Assembly: GCA_046758505.1 (NCBI GenBank)
Contig: JBHIAH010000007.1
Coordinates: forward strand, 1-64,000
Source of the DNA: Candidatus Methylomirabilales bacterium
GTDB lineage: Bacteria; Methylomirabilota; Methylomirabilia; Methylomirabilales; CSP1-5
Reading direction: 5' to 3'
Length of the DNA: 64,000 nucleotides
In this document: piece by piece, positions 19,237 through 28,895 of the stretch
Layout: each line of letters opens with the position of its first letter
Position numbering within the stretch: the first letter of the stretch is position 1
The notes under the pieces: generated by a model
Told to the model about the DNA's origin: nothing
Database searches by the model: none
The model's input: the letters and a program-made list of their open reading frames with translations, nothing else
Made by a program: the position numbers and the translations under genes

Positions 19237-20733
19237 ATGTTCAGCTGGGATCTCTTAATCTCCTCGGCCATCGAGGCGCTTCGGTGGCAGAGTCTGCTGG
19301 CGAGCTTCGTCGGAGTCGTCCTCGGGCTGTGCGTGGGCGCGATGCCGGGCCTCACCATCTCGCTCGGCATGATCCTGATGCTCCCCTTCACCTTTTACCT
19401 GAAGCCGGTCACCGCCATCAGTCTGCTCCTGGGACTGTACGCAGCCGGCATGACGGGCGGATCGATCTCTGCCATCCTCCTGAACATGCCCGGGACCCCC
19501 TCGGCCTCGGCCACCATGCTCGACGGATACCCCATGACCCAACGAGGAGAAGCGGGAAAGGCGATGGGGATCGCAGTCATCGCCTCCTTCTGCGGCGGGA
19601 TGTTCAGCCTGGTGTGCTTGGTCCTCTTCGCCCCCCTCATCGCGAAGGTGGCGCTGCAGTTCGGATCGCCGGAACTGTTTTCCCTCGTGTTGATGGGGCT
19701 GACCCTGATCTGCACCTTTGCGCAGGACTCCCTCGTCAAGGGGCTGATCTCGGGGACGCTTGGACTCATCTTTATGACGGTAGGGCTCGACCCCATGATG
19801 GGCACGCCCCGCTTCACCTTCGGCGTGGTCGAGCTCCAGGCCGGGGTTCTCTTCCTGGCCGCCATGATTGGCTTGTTTGCCCTGTCCCAGGTCCTCGAGG
19901 AAATGCAGGACATCCGTAGGTCCACGCTCCCTCACTTCAAGGCGAAACTGGCAGGATTCCTCCCCCGTCCAGCGGAGATCAAACGATGCGCCAAGGCGAT
20001 CTTCCTCGGAGCAGGAGTGGGGACCGGCATCGGCGCGATCCCGGGCGCCGGCGGCCCGATCGCGGTCTTCCTGGCCTACGACTATGTCAGGCGACTCTCT
20101 TCAGAACCGGAGCGCTTCGGACGTGGTGCGCCGGAGGGAGTGGCGGCGCCTGAAGCCGCCAATAACGGGGTGTCGGGGGGGGCGCTCATTCCCATGCTGA
20201 CCCTGGGGATCCCCGGCGACCCGATTACTGCCGTGCTGCTCGGCGCCCTGCTGATTCAAGGGCTCATCCCAGGGCCCATGCTCATGGCGGAAAACCCCGG
20301 CTTCGTCTACAGTCTCTTCGTCGCCTTTCTGGTGGCCAACCTGATCAACCTTGTCGTCGCCCTGTCCGGCATTCGATTCATCGTCCAGGTCCTGCGGATC
20401 CCCAAGACCTTCCTCCTCCCCTTTATCACCACCCTCTGTATCCTGGGTTCTTACGCGATCCGGAACAGCCTGTTCGATAGCTTCGTCATGATCTTCTTCG
20501 GGGTCCTCGGGTACCTGATGCGCCGGTCCGGCTTCCCCGTCGTCCCCATGCTGCTCGCCATGGTCCTGGGCCCGACCATCGAGCAGCACCTGCGCCTCTC
20601 TCTCATCATTGCTCGCGGCGACCCCTCCACCTTTGTCACCCATCCTATCTCTGCCGCCTTCCTGGTCCTTGCCCTCCTCTCGTTGACCGCCCCGTTGTGG
20701 GGGCGATTCCGGGTCACGCGCCGGGGGAGATGA
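19237..20733 (+). CDS. tctA: Tripartite tricarboxylate transporter permease
   Basis: VGAMPGL, AILLNMPGTPSA, GVAAPEAANN, LTLGIPG. Confidence 0.95.
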   Translation: MFSWDLLISSAIEALRWQSLLASFVGVVLGLCVGAMPGLTISLGMILMLPFTFYLKPVTAISLLLGLYAAGMTGGSISAILLNMPGTPSASATMLDGYPMTQRGEAGKAMGIAVIASFCGGMFSLVCLVLFAPLIAKVALQFGSPELFSLVLMGLTLICTFAQDSLVKGLISGTLGLIFMTVGLDPMMGTPRFTFGVVELQAGVLFLAAMIGLFALSQVLEEMQDIRRSTLPHFKAKLAGFLPRPAEIKRCAKAIFLGAGVGTGIGAIPGAGGPIAVFLAYDYVRRLSSEPERFGRGAPEGVAAPEAANNGVSGGALIPMLTLGIPGDPITAVLLGALLIQGLIPGPMLMAENPGFVYSLFVAFLVANLINLVVALSGIRFIVQVLRIPKTFLLPFITTLCILGSYAIRNSLFDSFVMIFFGVLGYLMRRSGFPVVPMLLAMVLGPTIEQHLRLSLIIARGDPSTFVTHPISAAFLVLALLSLTAPLWGRFRVTRRGR

Positions 20734-20774
20734 CTGGTGGGCGATTCCTGGGCATCGTGCGGATCTCTTCGGGC

Positions 20775-21455
20775 TCAGGGACTCACAAACTTATATCCGA
20801 TGCCGTGCACCGTGAGAATGAAGCGGGGATTCTCCGGGTCCTCCTCCAGTTTCTGGCGAAGCTTGAGGATATGATTATCGACGGTCCGGGTGGTGGGATA
20901 CCGTTCGTAGCCCCAGATCTCGTCGAGCAGCCGCTCCCGCGCCAGCGCCTCGCCCTTGTGTTCGACAAAATACTTCATCAGCTCGAGCTCTTTTCGTGTC
21001 AACTGGATCTGGCGTTTTCCCTTGAGGGCGAGGCACTGTTTGAAGTCAATCCGGACAGATCCAAAGCTGCAGGATGTAACCTCTGACCTGCGTCCCGGCC
21101 GCCGCAGCACGGCCCGGACTCTGGCCAGGAGTTCCCGAACGCTGAAAGGCTTCCTCACGTAGTCGTCCGCCCCGAGCTCGAGCCCCAAGACCGTGTCCAC
21201 CTCGTCCCCCCGGGCCGTGAGCATGATGATGGGAACATTGATCCCCTTTTTCCGAAGTTCCCGGCACACGTCCCAGCCATTCATCCCTGGCATCAGAATA
21301 TCCAGGATAACCAGGTCAGGCTGCTCCTTCTGCGCCTTGGCGAGTCCCTCGCGGCCGTCGCAGGCCGTCAGGACGTCGTAGCCCTCGTAACTCAGGTTGT
21401 CTTCGAGGCCCATCAACATCTCCGGCTCATCATCGATGACGAGAATCCGCGTCAC
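20775..21455 (-). CDS. OmpR/PhoB-family response regulator
   Basis: LVIDDE, ILDILMPGMNG, GADDYVRKPF, RTVDNHILKLRQKLE, TVHGIGY. Confidence 0.95.
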   Translation of the reverse strand: MTRILVIDDEPEMLMGLEDNLSYEGYDVLTACDGREGLAKAQKEQPDLVILDILMPGMNGWDVCRELRKKGINVPIIMLTARGDEVDTVLGLELGADDYVRKPFSVRELLARVRAVLRRPGRRSEVTSCSFGSVRIDFKQCLALKGKRQIQLTRKELELMKYFVEHKGEALARERLLDEIWGYERYPTTRTVDNHILKLRQKLEEDPENPRFILTVHGIGYKFVSP

Positions 21456-23041
21456 GACACACCTCTCCGGTCCGGATCAACGGGGATGATGAGGGTAAAT
21501 GTGCTCCCCTCCCCCCGTGCACTTTCCACGATCACTCTCCCCCCGTGGGCCTCGGCGATGTTCTTTACCAGCGTCAACCCGATTCCGCTGCCTCGGGGCG
21601 ACGGCGTCTCGCGCCGCCCGGCGCGGTAATATTTCTCAAAGATCCGCGGGACCTCCGCCGAATCGATCCCAACCCCCTGATCGGCAATACTGCACCGGAG
21701 TTCCCCTTCCCACACCATGGCCCCTACCCGGATGACCTTTCGGTCCCCAGAGTAGTTGATGGCGTTATCGATCACATTCCCCAGGGCCTGACGGAATGCG
21801 TCAGGGTCCAGCGTGACGTCCGGCATGTCCGGCTGCATCTCCAAATCCACCGTGAAGCCCAGCCGGTTCAGCTGATACTGATACACCTCCAGCGTCTGAA
21901 GAATCAGGGGAACAACCTCGCACGGCTGAAAATGATAGCGGGCCTTTCCGACGTCGATCCGGGAGAAGTCTAAGAAACTATTGATCAGATGGGTCAGGCA
22001 CTCGCTTTCCCGGGCGATAATCCGATAATATTCCTGGCGCTTCCCTTCGTCGCCGATCCGCCCCATCTCTAATGTTTCGGCATACATGCGAATCAGCGCA
22101 ACGGGAGTCTTGAGGTCGTGGGACACATGGGTCACGAATTCGGCCTTCAACTGGGCCATTTCCATTTCTCGCCGCAGGAATCGAAAAATAAAGAGTAGAC
22201 CACCGGCAATCACAACGACAAGCATGGCGATCAGCAGGCCCGAGACCAGGACCTGCCAGTGAAGCGAATCCTCAAAGGCCATCCCCTCCTGCTGATAGAC
22301 TGCGACTTTCCAGAGGGGAAAGATTTCCCTGAAGGGGGCAGAGGCCACCTCCCGGCTTTCCCGCAGGGGACGGGGGCTGTAGACAACCGCTCCCTGTTGA
22401 TCAAGGATCGCGAGAATGCTCATGTCTGTGGATGTTCCGCCGTCCAGGGCCATGGCCCAGAAGAGGGGGTTGACGGTCCCTCGGTCCAGCCTGAACCCAA
22501 TGAGGTAGGTAACGACCCCCGGCCCAGGGACCCGGGCAAAGGAGAGCGAATGGACTTCCCCCTCCTCTTTCAAGAGCAGGCGATGAATCCTCCCCTGGTT
22601 CATCTTTACCGTGATCGCTTCCCGCCGCAACCGGTTGAGCATTCTCGCGTCCACACTCCCCCTGGTCAGGCGACCCAACGGCGAGTATACGACGCCCCCT
22701 TTCGCGTCAAGGACATACAGCGCACCGCCGAGTGGGGCTTCATCCTCCACCCTCATGATGGACTCCTGGAGAGCGCTCGGCGTTTGCGCTTTTCGGAGGG
22801 CGCCACCGATTCGATGGAAAAATTCCTCCTCACTCCTCAGGATGGTTTCCTCAATCTTTTCAACTGCCATGGTGGCCGTCTTGAGGTAGGAGTCCAGCAT
22901 GACCTGTCGCGCCGTCTTTTCCCACCGTCGGAGAGTGATAAATCCGAGCACCCCGAGGATCAGGGCCGGAATGAGGACGACAAAGAAGGCGGCGGCCCGC
23001 ATCTTGGTTCGAGAGGAGAGATAACGCAACCTCGAGGGCAC
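21452..23041 (-). CDS. Membrane sensor histidine kinase
   Basis: Two TM segments, VSHDLKTP H-box, NVIDNAINYS N-box, DQGVG, GSGIGL. Confidence 0.95.
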   Translation of the reverse strand: MPSRLRYLSSRTKMRAAAFFVVLIPALILGVLGFITLRRWEKTARQVMLDSYLKTATMAVEKIEETILRSEEEFFHRIGGALRKAQTPSALQESIMRVEDEAPLGGALYVLDAKGGVVYSPLGRLTRGSVDARMLNRLRREAITVKMNQGRIHRLLLKEEGEVHSLSFARVPGPGVVTYLIGFRLDRGTVNPLFWAMALDGGTSTDMSILAILDQQGAVVYSPRPLRESREVASAPFREIFPLWKVAVYQQEGMAFEDSLHWQVLVSGLLIAMLVVVIAGGLLFIFRFLRREMEMAQLKAEFVTHVSHDLKTPVALIRMYAETLEMGRIGDEGKRQEYYRIIARESECLTHLINSFLDFSRIDVGKARYHFQPCEVVPLILQTLEVYQYQLNRLGFTVDLEMQPDMPDVTLDPDAFRQALGNVIDNAINYSGDRKVIRVGAMVWEGELRCSIADQGVGIDSAEVPRIFEKYYRAGRRETPSPRGSGIGLTLVKNIAEAHGGRVIVESARGEGSTFTLIIPVDPDRRGVS

Positions 23042-23335
23042 AGCAGTTCTCCCGGCTTGAGGGCCTCACAACACACGGAGAGTATATCCGCACGTCGACG
23101 TCCACATCAAGGCCGGGGCGATTGGATACAACGGACATGCGTGTCGGCGTTCTCGCATCCGAAAACGGGATCCACGGCAAGGAGGGGTACGATCCGGACA
23201 AGGCCACTCGTGTACCCGCCGTCTCTCAGGCCATTCGTGAATACCAATGCCCTGAGGCAGAGACAGGGTGGAACCTCGCGAAGACAAAAGCGGAGAGGGG
23301 TAGAAAAACCCTACCCCTCTCCTCCCGAACCCTGC

Positions 23336-23596
23336 TTACCCTTCGGTTTCGATCCGGTCGAGCAGCAGGTCGAGCTCCTCGAGCATCTTCATTAACTTCT
23401 TTTTCGTCTTTGACGTCATCCCCATCTTTCCCATCTTCTTGGCCTTCATCATCTTCATCATGACCTGGTTCATCTTCATCTCGGTGTTCATCATCATTTC
23501 CATGACCGGTTCAAACACCGCCTCTTGGGCCATGACGATTTGCGCGGGGACGAGAAGCATTGCGGTCAGAACGACGGTGCCAACGATCTTCCGCAT
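23336..23596 (-). CDS. Small secreted methionine-rich protein
   Basis: Signal peptide; 15 Met in the approx. 63 aa mature part; strong RBS AGGAGGTG. Confidence 0.75.
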   Translation of the reverse strand: MRKIVGTVVLTAMLLVPAQIVMAQEAVFEPVMEMMMNTEMKMNQVMMKMMKAKKMGKMGMTSKTKKKLMKMLEELDLLLDRIETEG

Positions 23597-23621
23597 TCGG
23601 CTCACCTCCTTTCATCGGGAT

Positions 23622-24158
23622 TTACGGGGAGCGTGGCTCCTCCAGGAGGCGGCGGATCCTCGCCTCCATCTCGCCATAGCCCCCCTCGCCAATCCGGGTG
23701 TAACGGATCACCCCACGCTTGTCGATGAGGTGAAGGGTCGGCCAGTAACGGGTCCGGTACCGATTCCACGTGGCAAAATCGTTATCGAGGGCGACCGGAT
23801 ACGGGATCCCCAGGGCGCGACAGGCCGACGTCACCTTGTCCAGAGGCTTTTCCCAAGCGAACTCGGGCGAGTGGATCCCGATGACCACCAGGCCCTGGGG
23901 CCCGAATCGCCGATGCCAATCCACCAACTGGGGGATGGTGTGCCGGCAGTTGATTCACCCATAGGTCCAAAATTCCAAGAGGATCACCCGCCCCCGCAGA
24001 TCGGCCAGACGCACGGGCGAGGAATTGATCCACACGGTGTTGGTCAGTTCGGGGGCCGCCCGCCCTATCATGGATGCCGCTGCCACCCGCGGACCGAGAA
24101 GCGGCCCCCCCACGAGGACGAGAAGAAACCACCAACCGAAACGTCTCTTTCTTCCCAT
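23622..24158 (-). CDS. Thioredoxin-fold redoxin (DipZ/TlpA-like), probable selenoprotein (UxxC)
   Basis: ORFs 23955-24206 and 23622-23927 are in one frame; they read ILLEFWTYG-TGA-INCRHTIP, then VIGIHSPEF and YWPT...IGEGGY; TGA at 23955-23957 replaces the first Cys of CxxC. Confidence 0.88.
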
Positions 24159-24680
24159 GCGTGCCTCCGGATATCCTACCGAACCTTTCCCATGGCCATC
24201 TGACAACCTGGCACCCCTCCCTCCCCACGCTGTTGAGACCTGCGGGGACCTCCGCCGCCCAGGTGCGCGGCTTCATGACTCTTGTACCGGTGTGCACGAG
24301 GATGTTTGTCAAGAAAAAGTAAAAACTTTGTGAAAAACGAACCTGCCGCCGGCATCCTCGTTGCGGCCTGCATCCGGGAAATATGCCAAGTATTTTTACG
24401 CGGTCATTTGCGACCGCAGCGGGGCGCATATGGCCATGTCAGCTGCGGCGCCCGTCGCCCAATACATGCACGAGAGGATCCTGCACACCTCTTGAAACGC
24501 GGTACCTGGGGAGGGAAGTGCAATGAGGAACAGAGCCGCGGGGCGAGCATAGGCCGCTTTGCTCCGGAGATGCCACTGCACAGGTGTCTGATCGATCGCT
24601 CGAGAAGATGAGAGCGCGGGCGCGCGTGAGATATACGTGCTACCCGGAAAACACGGCGGGGCCACGGGGGGCACCCGGGG

Positions 24681-25427
24681 TTAGAGGCGCTGGAAGAGCC
24701 ACGCGGGGGTGAAGCGGAGGGCAAAGGTGGACAGCAGGGTGAAGTAATCGCTGAGGAGCAGGACCCCCACGAGGATGAGAAAGACGCCGCTTGTGCGACT
24801 CACCCAAGGGAGGAGACGCTTGAACCGGGTGAAGAAGGCGAGGAACTGTCCGAAGAGCAACGCGCTGAGCAAGAAGGGGATGGCGAGGCCGGCGGCGTAA
24901 GCTGTCAGGAGGAGAATGCCTTGGCTGGCGTCCTGGGACGTACTCGCCATGACCAGAATCGACCCCAGGATGGGCCCGACACAGGGAATCCATCCGGCGG
25001 CAAAGGTCACCCCCACCAGGAAGGCCCCCACGTAGCCGCCGGGGTGACCCGTCAACTCCAGATGCCTCTCCCGCATGAGGAAGGGGAGGGGCAGCCACCC
25101 CGCGATGTGGAGGCCAAAGAGGATAATCAGGGCCCCGCCGACCTTGCGTATGGTGAGCTGATAATCAAACAGGAGCTGCCCGAGGGCCGTCGCCGACGCC
25201 CCGAAGGCGATGAAGATGACCGAGAAGCCGGCAATGAACGTCACGGCCCGCAAGAGGAGGTGGCGCCGATTCCTGGAATCGGCCACCGTGCCCTGAATCT
25301 CGTCCACGGAGAGACCACCCACGAAGGCAAGATACGACGGGATGAGGGGAAAGACACAGGGGGAAAGGAAGGAGAGCACACCCGCCCCCATGGCCACCAG
25401 GATCGATACCTGCGCCGCCGCAGTCAT
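24681..25427 (-). CDS. ccdA: Cytochrome c biogenesis / thiol-disulfide transporter CcdA
   Basis: SFLSPCVFPLIPSY and GWIPCVGPILG with the two conserved Cys; 6 TM. Confidence 0.92.
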   Translation of the reverse strand: MTAAAQVSILVAMGAGVLSFLSPCVFPLIPSYLAFVGGLSVDEIQGTVADSRNRRHLLLRAVTFIAGFSVIFIAFGASATALGQLLFDYQLTIRKVGGALIILFGLHIAGWLPLPFLMRERHLELTGHPGGYVGAFLVGVTFAAGWIPCVGPILGSILVMASTSQDASQGILLLTAYAAGLAIPFLLSALLFGQFLAFFTRFKRLLPWVSRTSGVFLILVGVLLLSDYFTLLSTFALRFTPAWLFQRL

Positions 25428-25567
25428 CTCGCCGAAACCGCCCCCTTCTCTCCCGCCTCCGTCCGGCTCCCCTCTTTCGATCCAAGCCATCCATCATGGT
25501 AATGGTCGCCGCGGTCTTTTGCAACCCTTGTCCCTCTCCCCGACGCGTGGCGTCCGGCGGCTCGGCC

Positions 25568-25843
25568 TTACGCCACCTGATCCGCCGGCTCCGACAGGTG
25601 CTGCCGTCGCTGAACCAGGGGAGCTTGCTCTGGAGGGACAACCGGCAGGAAATACCGAATGGTGAACCCACAGCCGCGGCAGCGGCGGTAATAGAAACGA
25701 AAGCCCCGTTCGTCCTCCTGGACCGTGCCCACCTGGACCATACCGGCGGCGCAGCAGTTTCGGGGAAGCGACGGAGAGATGATGTGTTTCGGATAGGCGT
25801 TCAGCGGCTTTTTGCTCGTACTATACTCGACAATCGTCTTCAT
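25568..25843 (-). CDS. Small Cys-containing (CC...CxxC) hypothetical protein
   Basis: MKTIVEYST...RNCCAAGM...RRCRGCGFT; RBS GGAGG; GGAAC-N17-CGTT promoter upstream. Confidence 0.65.
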   Translation of the reverse strand: MKTIVEYSTSKKPLNAYPKHIISPSLPRNCCAAGMVQVGTVQEDERGFRFYYRRCRGCGFTIRYFLPVVPPEQAPLVQRRQHLSEPADQVA

Positions 25844-25895
25844 GATTTCCCTCCCATGGGCATGTCCCCGACCTGAAATCGACCCCATCCATGGG

Positions 25896-25921
25896 AACGG
25901 CGCGCGGCCGCCAACGGTTCC
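25896..25921 (-). promoter_or_regulatory. ECF-type promoter (class B)
   Basis: GGAAC-N17-CGTT on the minus strand upstream of 25843. Confidence 0.55.
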
Positions 25922-26091
25922 CCGCTCTCCTAAGATTCCCAATCGGATCGTGCCCGTGAGCGCGGAATTCCCGCTTGGATGATATCGCCCTCCCCTCTAC
26001 CTCGCCCCGTCCACGCTGTTCGCGGACGCAGGCGCAAAAAACCCGCCGCTCCAAAGCAGACCGCAGTCGGAGGGCGGGTTGAAAGCCTGGG

Positions 26092-26907
26092 TCAGGACTG
26101 GGCCGTCTGGAAAAAGACGCGGGCGCACTGGAAGATCTCGTCCCACCCCACATCCGAGACGAGGGCGTAGGTGGTCTTCCCGCTTTCCCAGAGGAGGATC
26201 TGTTGCCCTTGATACTCGCCGCTCAGAAAGCTCCGCCCGTCTCGCCGGATCTCTGTCAGGCCGCTGAAATCCGCCCCATACCGGGGAAAGGCGAAGAGGG
26301 AAATGATGTTCCGTCCCTTTTCATACACGATATATCCCGCCCGCCGACCGCTCAGGCGCGCGACCCGTGCCCCCAGGAGCTGGATCCCCGATGTGCTGTA
26401 ATCGGGAACCCGGACGGAATACCCGAGTCGCCCCCGAACCCAGTGGGCGACCTGCTTGATGTTCTCACTGGGAAGCTCGGCAGGATTTTCCCGGAGGGCG
26501 AATTTCATGTGCTCCGACACCAGATCCGTCACCAGGGGGTGAAACCCGGGTCGGGAAGAAGGCTGCGCGACCAGATACCCGAGGGTCCCGCCGACGACGA
26601 AGAGAAGGATCGAAGCGGCCAACGCCAGGGACCAGGCCCGCCGGCCCCAGACGGCCGGGCGCGCAGGTCTCCCCTCGCTCTCCTCCGACTCCGCGATGGC
26701 AGACCTGAGCCTCTCCACGAGATGCGGCGGAACGGGTTCTCGAGCGACCGCCGCCCTGAGCCCCTCCCGGAATGCCCGTTCTCCTTCAACGACACTCCGA
26801 CAGGAGGGACATGCGTCAAGATGCCCCTCCACCTCGAGCATCTTCGAGGGCTCGAGCTCTCCGTCGCAATAGGCTTGAAGGTAGCGTGCAAATTCGTGAG
26901 CCGTCAT
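26092..26907 (-). CDS. Transmembrane anti-sigma factor with zf-HC2 (ZAS) domain
   Basis: YCDGEL...HLDACPSC, one TM helix, periplasmic domain; ATGA overlap with the sigma gene. Confidence 0.88.
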   Translation of the reverse strand: MTAHEFARYLQAYCDGELEPSKMLEVEGHLDACPSCRSVVEGERAFREGLRAAVAREPVPPHLVERLRSAIAESEESEGRPARPAVWGRRAWSLALAASILLFVVGGTLGYLVAQPSSRPGFHPLVTDLVSEHMKFALRENPAELPSENIKQVAHWVRGRLGYSVRVPDYSTSGIQLLGARVARLSGRRAGYIVYEKGRNIISLFAFPRYGADFSGLTEIRRDGRSFLSGEYQGQQILLWESGKTTYALVSDVGWDEIFQCARVFFQTAQS

Positions 26908-27455
26908 TGGTCCTCCTGGGAATTTCCTCCGCCCGTCGAGTACTCCTTCAGGGCGCCCCGCAGCGTCTGCCGACCCCGGTACAGCCGCGACATCACCGTC
27001 CCAATGGGACACCGGCAGATCTCCGCAATCTCCCGATAGCTACATCCCTCGAGGTCCGCCAGAACCACTGCCACCCGAAGCTTGGGGGGCAGGGCCTCGA
27101 TGGCCCGTTGGATGTCCTCCCCCGCCAGTCGATGGAAGAGATCGATCTCTGGGTCCCCGGGGACCACGCTGCCGACCCCTGCCTCCCGGTACACCCGCTC
27201 TTCATCAAAGTCGACCACGGGACGGGACGACTGGCGGATCCGATTGACAAAGAGACTATGCAAGATGGCAAAGAGCCAGGCCCGACAGTTGGTTCCCGGC
27301 TGGAACTGGTGGAAGAAGCGGTAGGCCCGGAGAAATGTCTCCTGGAACAGATCCTCCGCTTCGGTCTTATTCCGGGTCAGCCGGAGGGCCCCATTGTATA
27401 TACTGTTCATATGGACCAGGGCGGCTTCTTCAAATTCCTGCCGCTTCTGGTCCAT
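26904..27455 (-). CDS. ECF sigma factor (SigH/SigR-like)
   Basis: AEDLFQETFLRAYRFFHQFQPGTNCRAWLF region 2; SYREIAEICRCPIGTVMSRLYRGR region 4. Confidence 0.92.
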   Translation of the reverse strand: MDQKRQEFEEAALVHMNSIYNGALRLTRNKTEAEDLFQETFLRAYRFFHQFQPGTNCRAWLFAILHSLFVNRIRQSSRPVVDFDEERVYREAGVGSVVPGDPEIDLFHRLAGEDIQRAIEALPPKLRVAVVLADLEGCSYREIAEICRCPIGTVMSRLYRGRQTLRGALKEYSTGGGNSQEDQ

Positions 27456-27623
27456 CCCCTCAGGCCCCACGGAACCCTCCCCAGTGGAGGGGGTCCGGAG
27501 CCCACTGCCCGTTCCAAGAAGAAAACACCCCTCCCCCCGAAATATTCCCTCCGCATCCGGCTCCGGGCTTTTATCTTCTGCGAATTGCCCGCCGCTGTCA
27601 ACCGTGAAAGACCCCTCCCCCAG

Positions 27624-27649
27624 GGAATACGCCTGCGTCCCTGCGCGTT
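27624..27649 (+). promoter_or_regulatory. ECF-type promoter (class B) of the cytochrome operon
   Basis: GGAAT-N17-CGTT; a variant GGAAT-N17-GTT at 27701-27725 and a divergent one at 27524-27548 (minus) before the sigma gene. Confidence 0.55.
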
Positions 27650-27830
27650 TTCCTTACCTTAGAAGGGGATGCGAGGGCCGGAGGGCCCCGGAGTTTTGAG
27701 GGAATTTTTCTCTCCCCCGCCTGTTCTTCCAACGAGAGGAGAAGACCCCCGGAAGGGGTGTGTGGCGCGAGAGGGTCGTGGTGGGACGAGGCGGTTCCTG
27801 GGAAGAGGCCGTGGAGGGGGTTTGACCATC

Positions 27831-28880
27831 ATGAAGCGGACCCGAAGACAGACAATCATCACCTCGGTGCTGGGTCTCCTGCTCGCCACGGCCGGGGTCA
27901 GCGAGGCGCACCACGTGGTGCTCCAGAGCGGGCCGTTCCAGGCGATCATCCTCACCATTGTTGTACATCCGAAAAACGGCAAGCGCCTCTACCTGGGGTC
28001 CTTCGGGCGCGGGGTCTTCCGGACCACGGACGGGGGGAAGGTGTGGATCACCTCCAATAGCGGTTTGGAAAACCTGGAGGTGCAATCTCTCGCCATCGAT
28101 CCGCTTAGGCCGTCCACCCTCTATGCGGGCACGGACGCCGGGGTGTTCAAGACCACGAACGGCGGAGAGCGATGGGAGCTGGCCAGTACGGACGTCGCCG
28201 CGCGCAATATTCGGGCCCTGGCCATCGACCCCGCCCACCGTACGACGCTCTACGCCGGGACCGACGCCGGGGTCATGAAAAGCACGGACGGAGGGGCATC
28301 CTGGCGGGCGAGGAGCGACGGGCTCACCGCACCCGATGTCCGGGCCCTGGCCATCGACCCGAACACCCCCCACCGCCTGTATGCCGCGGCTTTCGGCGGG
28401 GTCTTTCTGAGCACGGATGGCGGGGGGCACTGGAGTGCCGTCACCCAGGGCATGGGGAACGAAAACATCCGGACCCTGATCCTCGATCCCCACAACTCCT
28501 CCACCCTCTATGCGGGTACGGCGACCCATGGGGTCTTCAAGAGCGAGGACGGTGGCACCTCGTGGCGCCCGGCTTCCCAGGGCATGGGAGAGGTGAGTGT
28601 CATGGCGCTCGCCATGTCCCCCTCCACCTCGACGCTCTACGTGGGGACGAGAGAGGGGCTATTCAAGAGCACGGATCGCGCGACCACCTGGGCACAGGTG
28701 GAACCCGATTCTTTCAGCCTTTCCATTACCTCGCTGGCCGCAGACCCTCGTCCGCCCGGAGTCCTTTACGTGGGGACGGGGGGACTCTTCTTCACAAGCG
28801 TGGATGGGGGGCGCAACTGGTCCGGGGTCCAGTGGGTGATTCATCCGGATCTTCCCTTTCAACATGTGGTCGAAAAGTAG
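27831..28880 (+). CDS. Secreted BNR/Asp-box beta-propeller protein (YCF48/VPS10-like)
   Basis: Signal peptide; seven repeats of LAIDP..P.TLYAGT..GVFKSTDGG.SW. Confidence 0.88.
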   Translation: MKRTRRQTIITSVLGLLLATAGVSEAHHVVLQSGPFQAIILTIVVHPKNGKRLYLGSFGRGVFRTTDGGKVWITSNSGLENLEVQSLAIDPLRPSTLYAGTDAGVFKTTNGGERWELASTDVAARNIRALAIDPAHRTTLYAGTDAGVMKSTDGGASWRARSDGLTAPDVRALAIDPNTPHRLYAAAFGGVFLSTDGGGHWSAVTQGMGNENIRTLILDPHNSSTLYAGTATHGVFKSEDGGTSWRPASQGMGEVSVMALAMSPSTSTLYVGTREGLFKSTDRATTWAQVEPDSFSLSITSLAADPRPPGVLYVGTGGLFFTSVDGGRNWSGVQWVIHPDLPFQHVVEK

Positions 28881-28895
28881 AAAGGAGGTGGCTTG

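Noticed and set aside
24350..24364. sigma54-like motif CGGCAT-N5-TTGC
   Set aside because: It is on the plus strand with no credible plus-strand gene downstream; could be chance.
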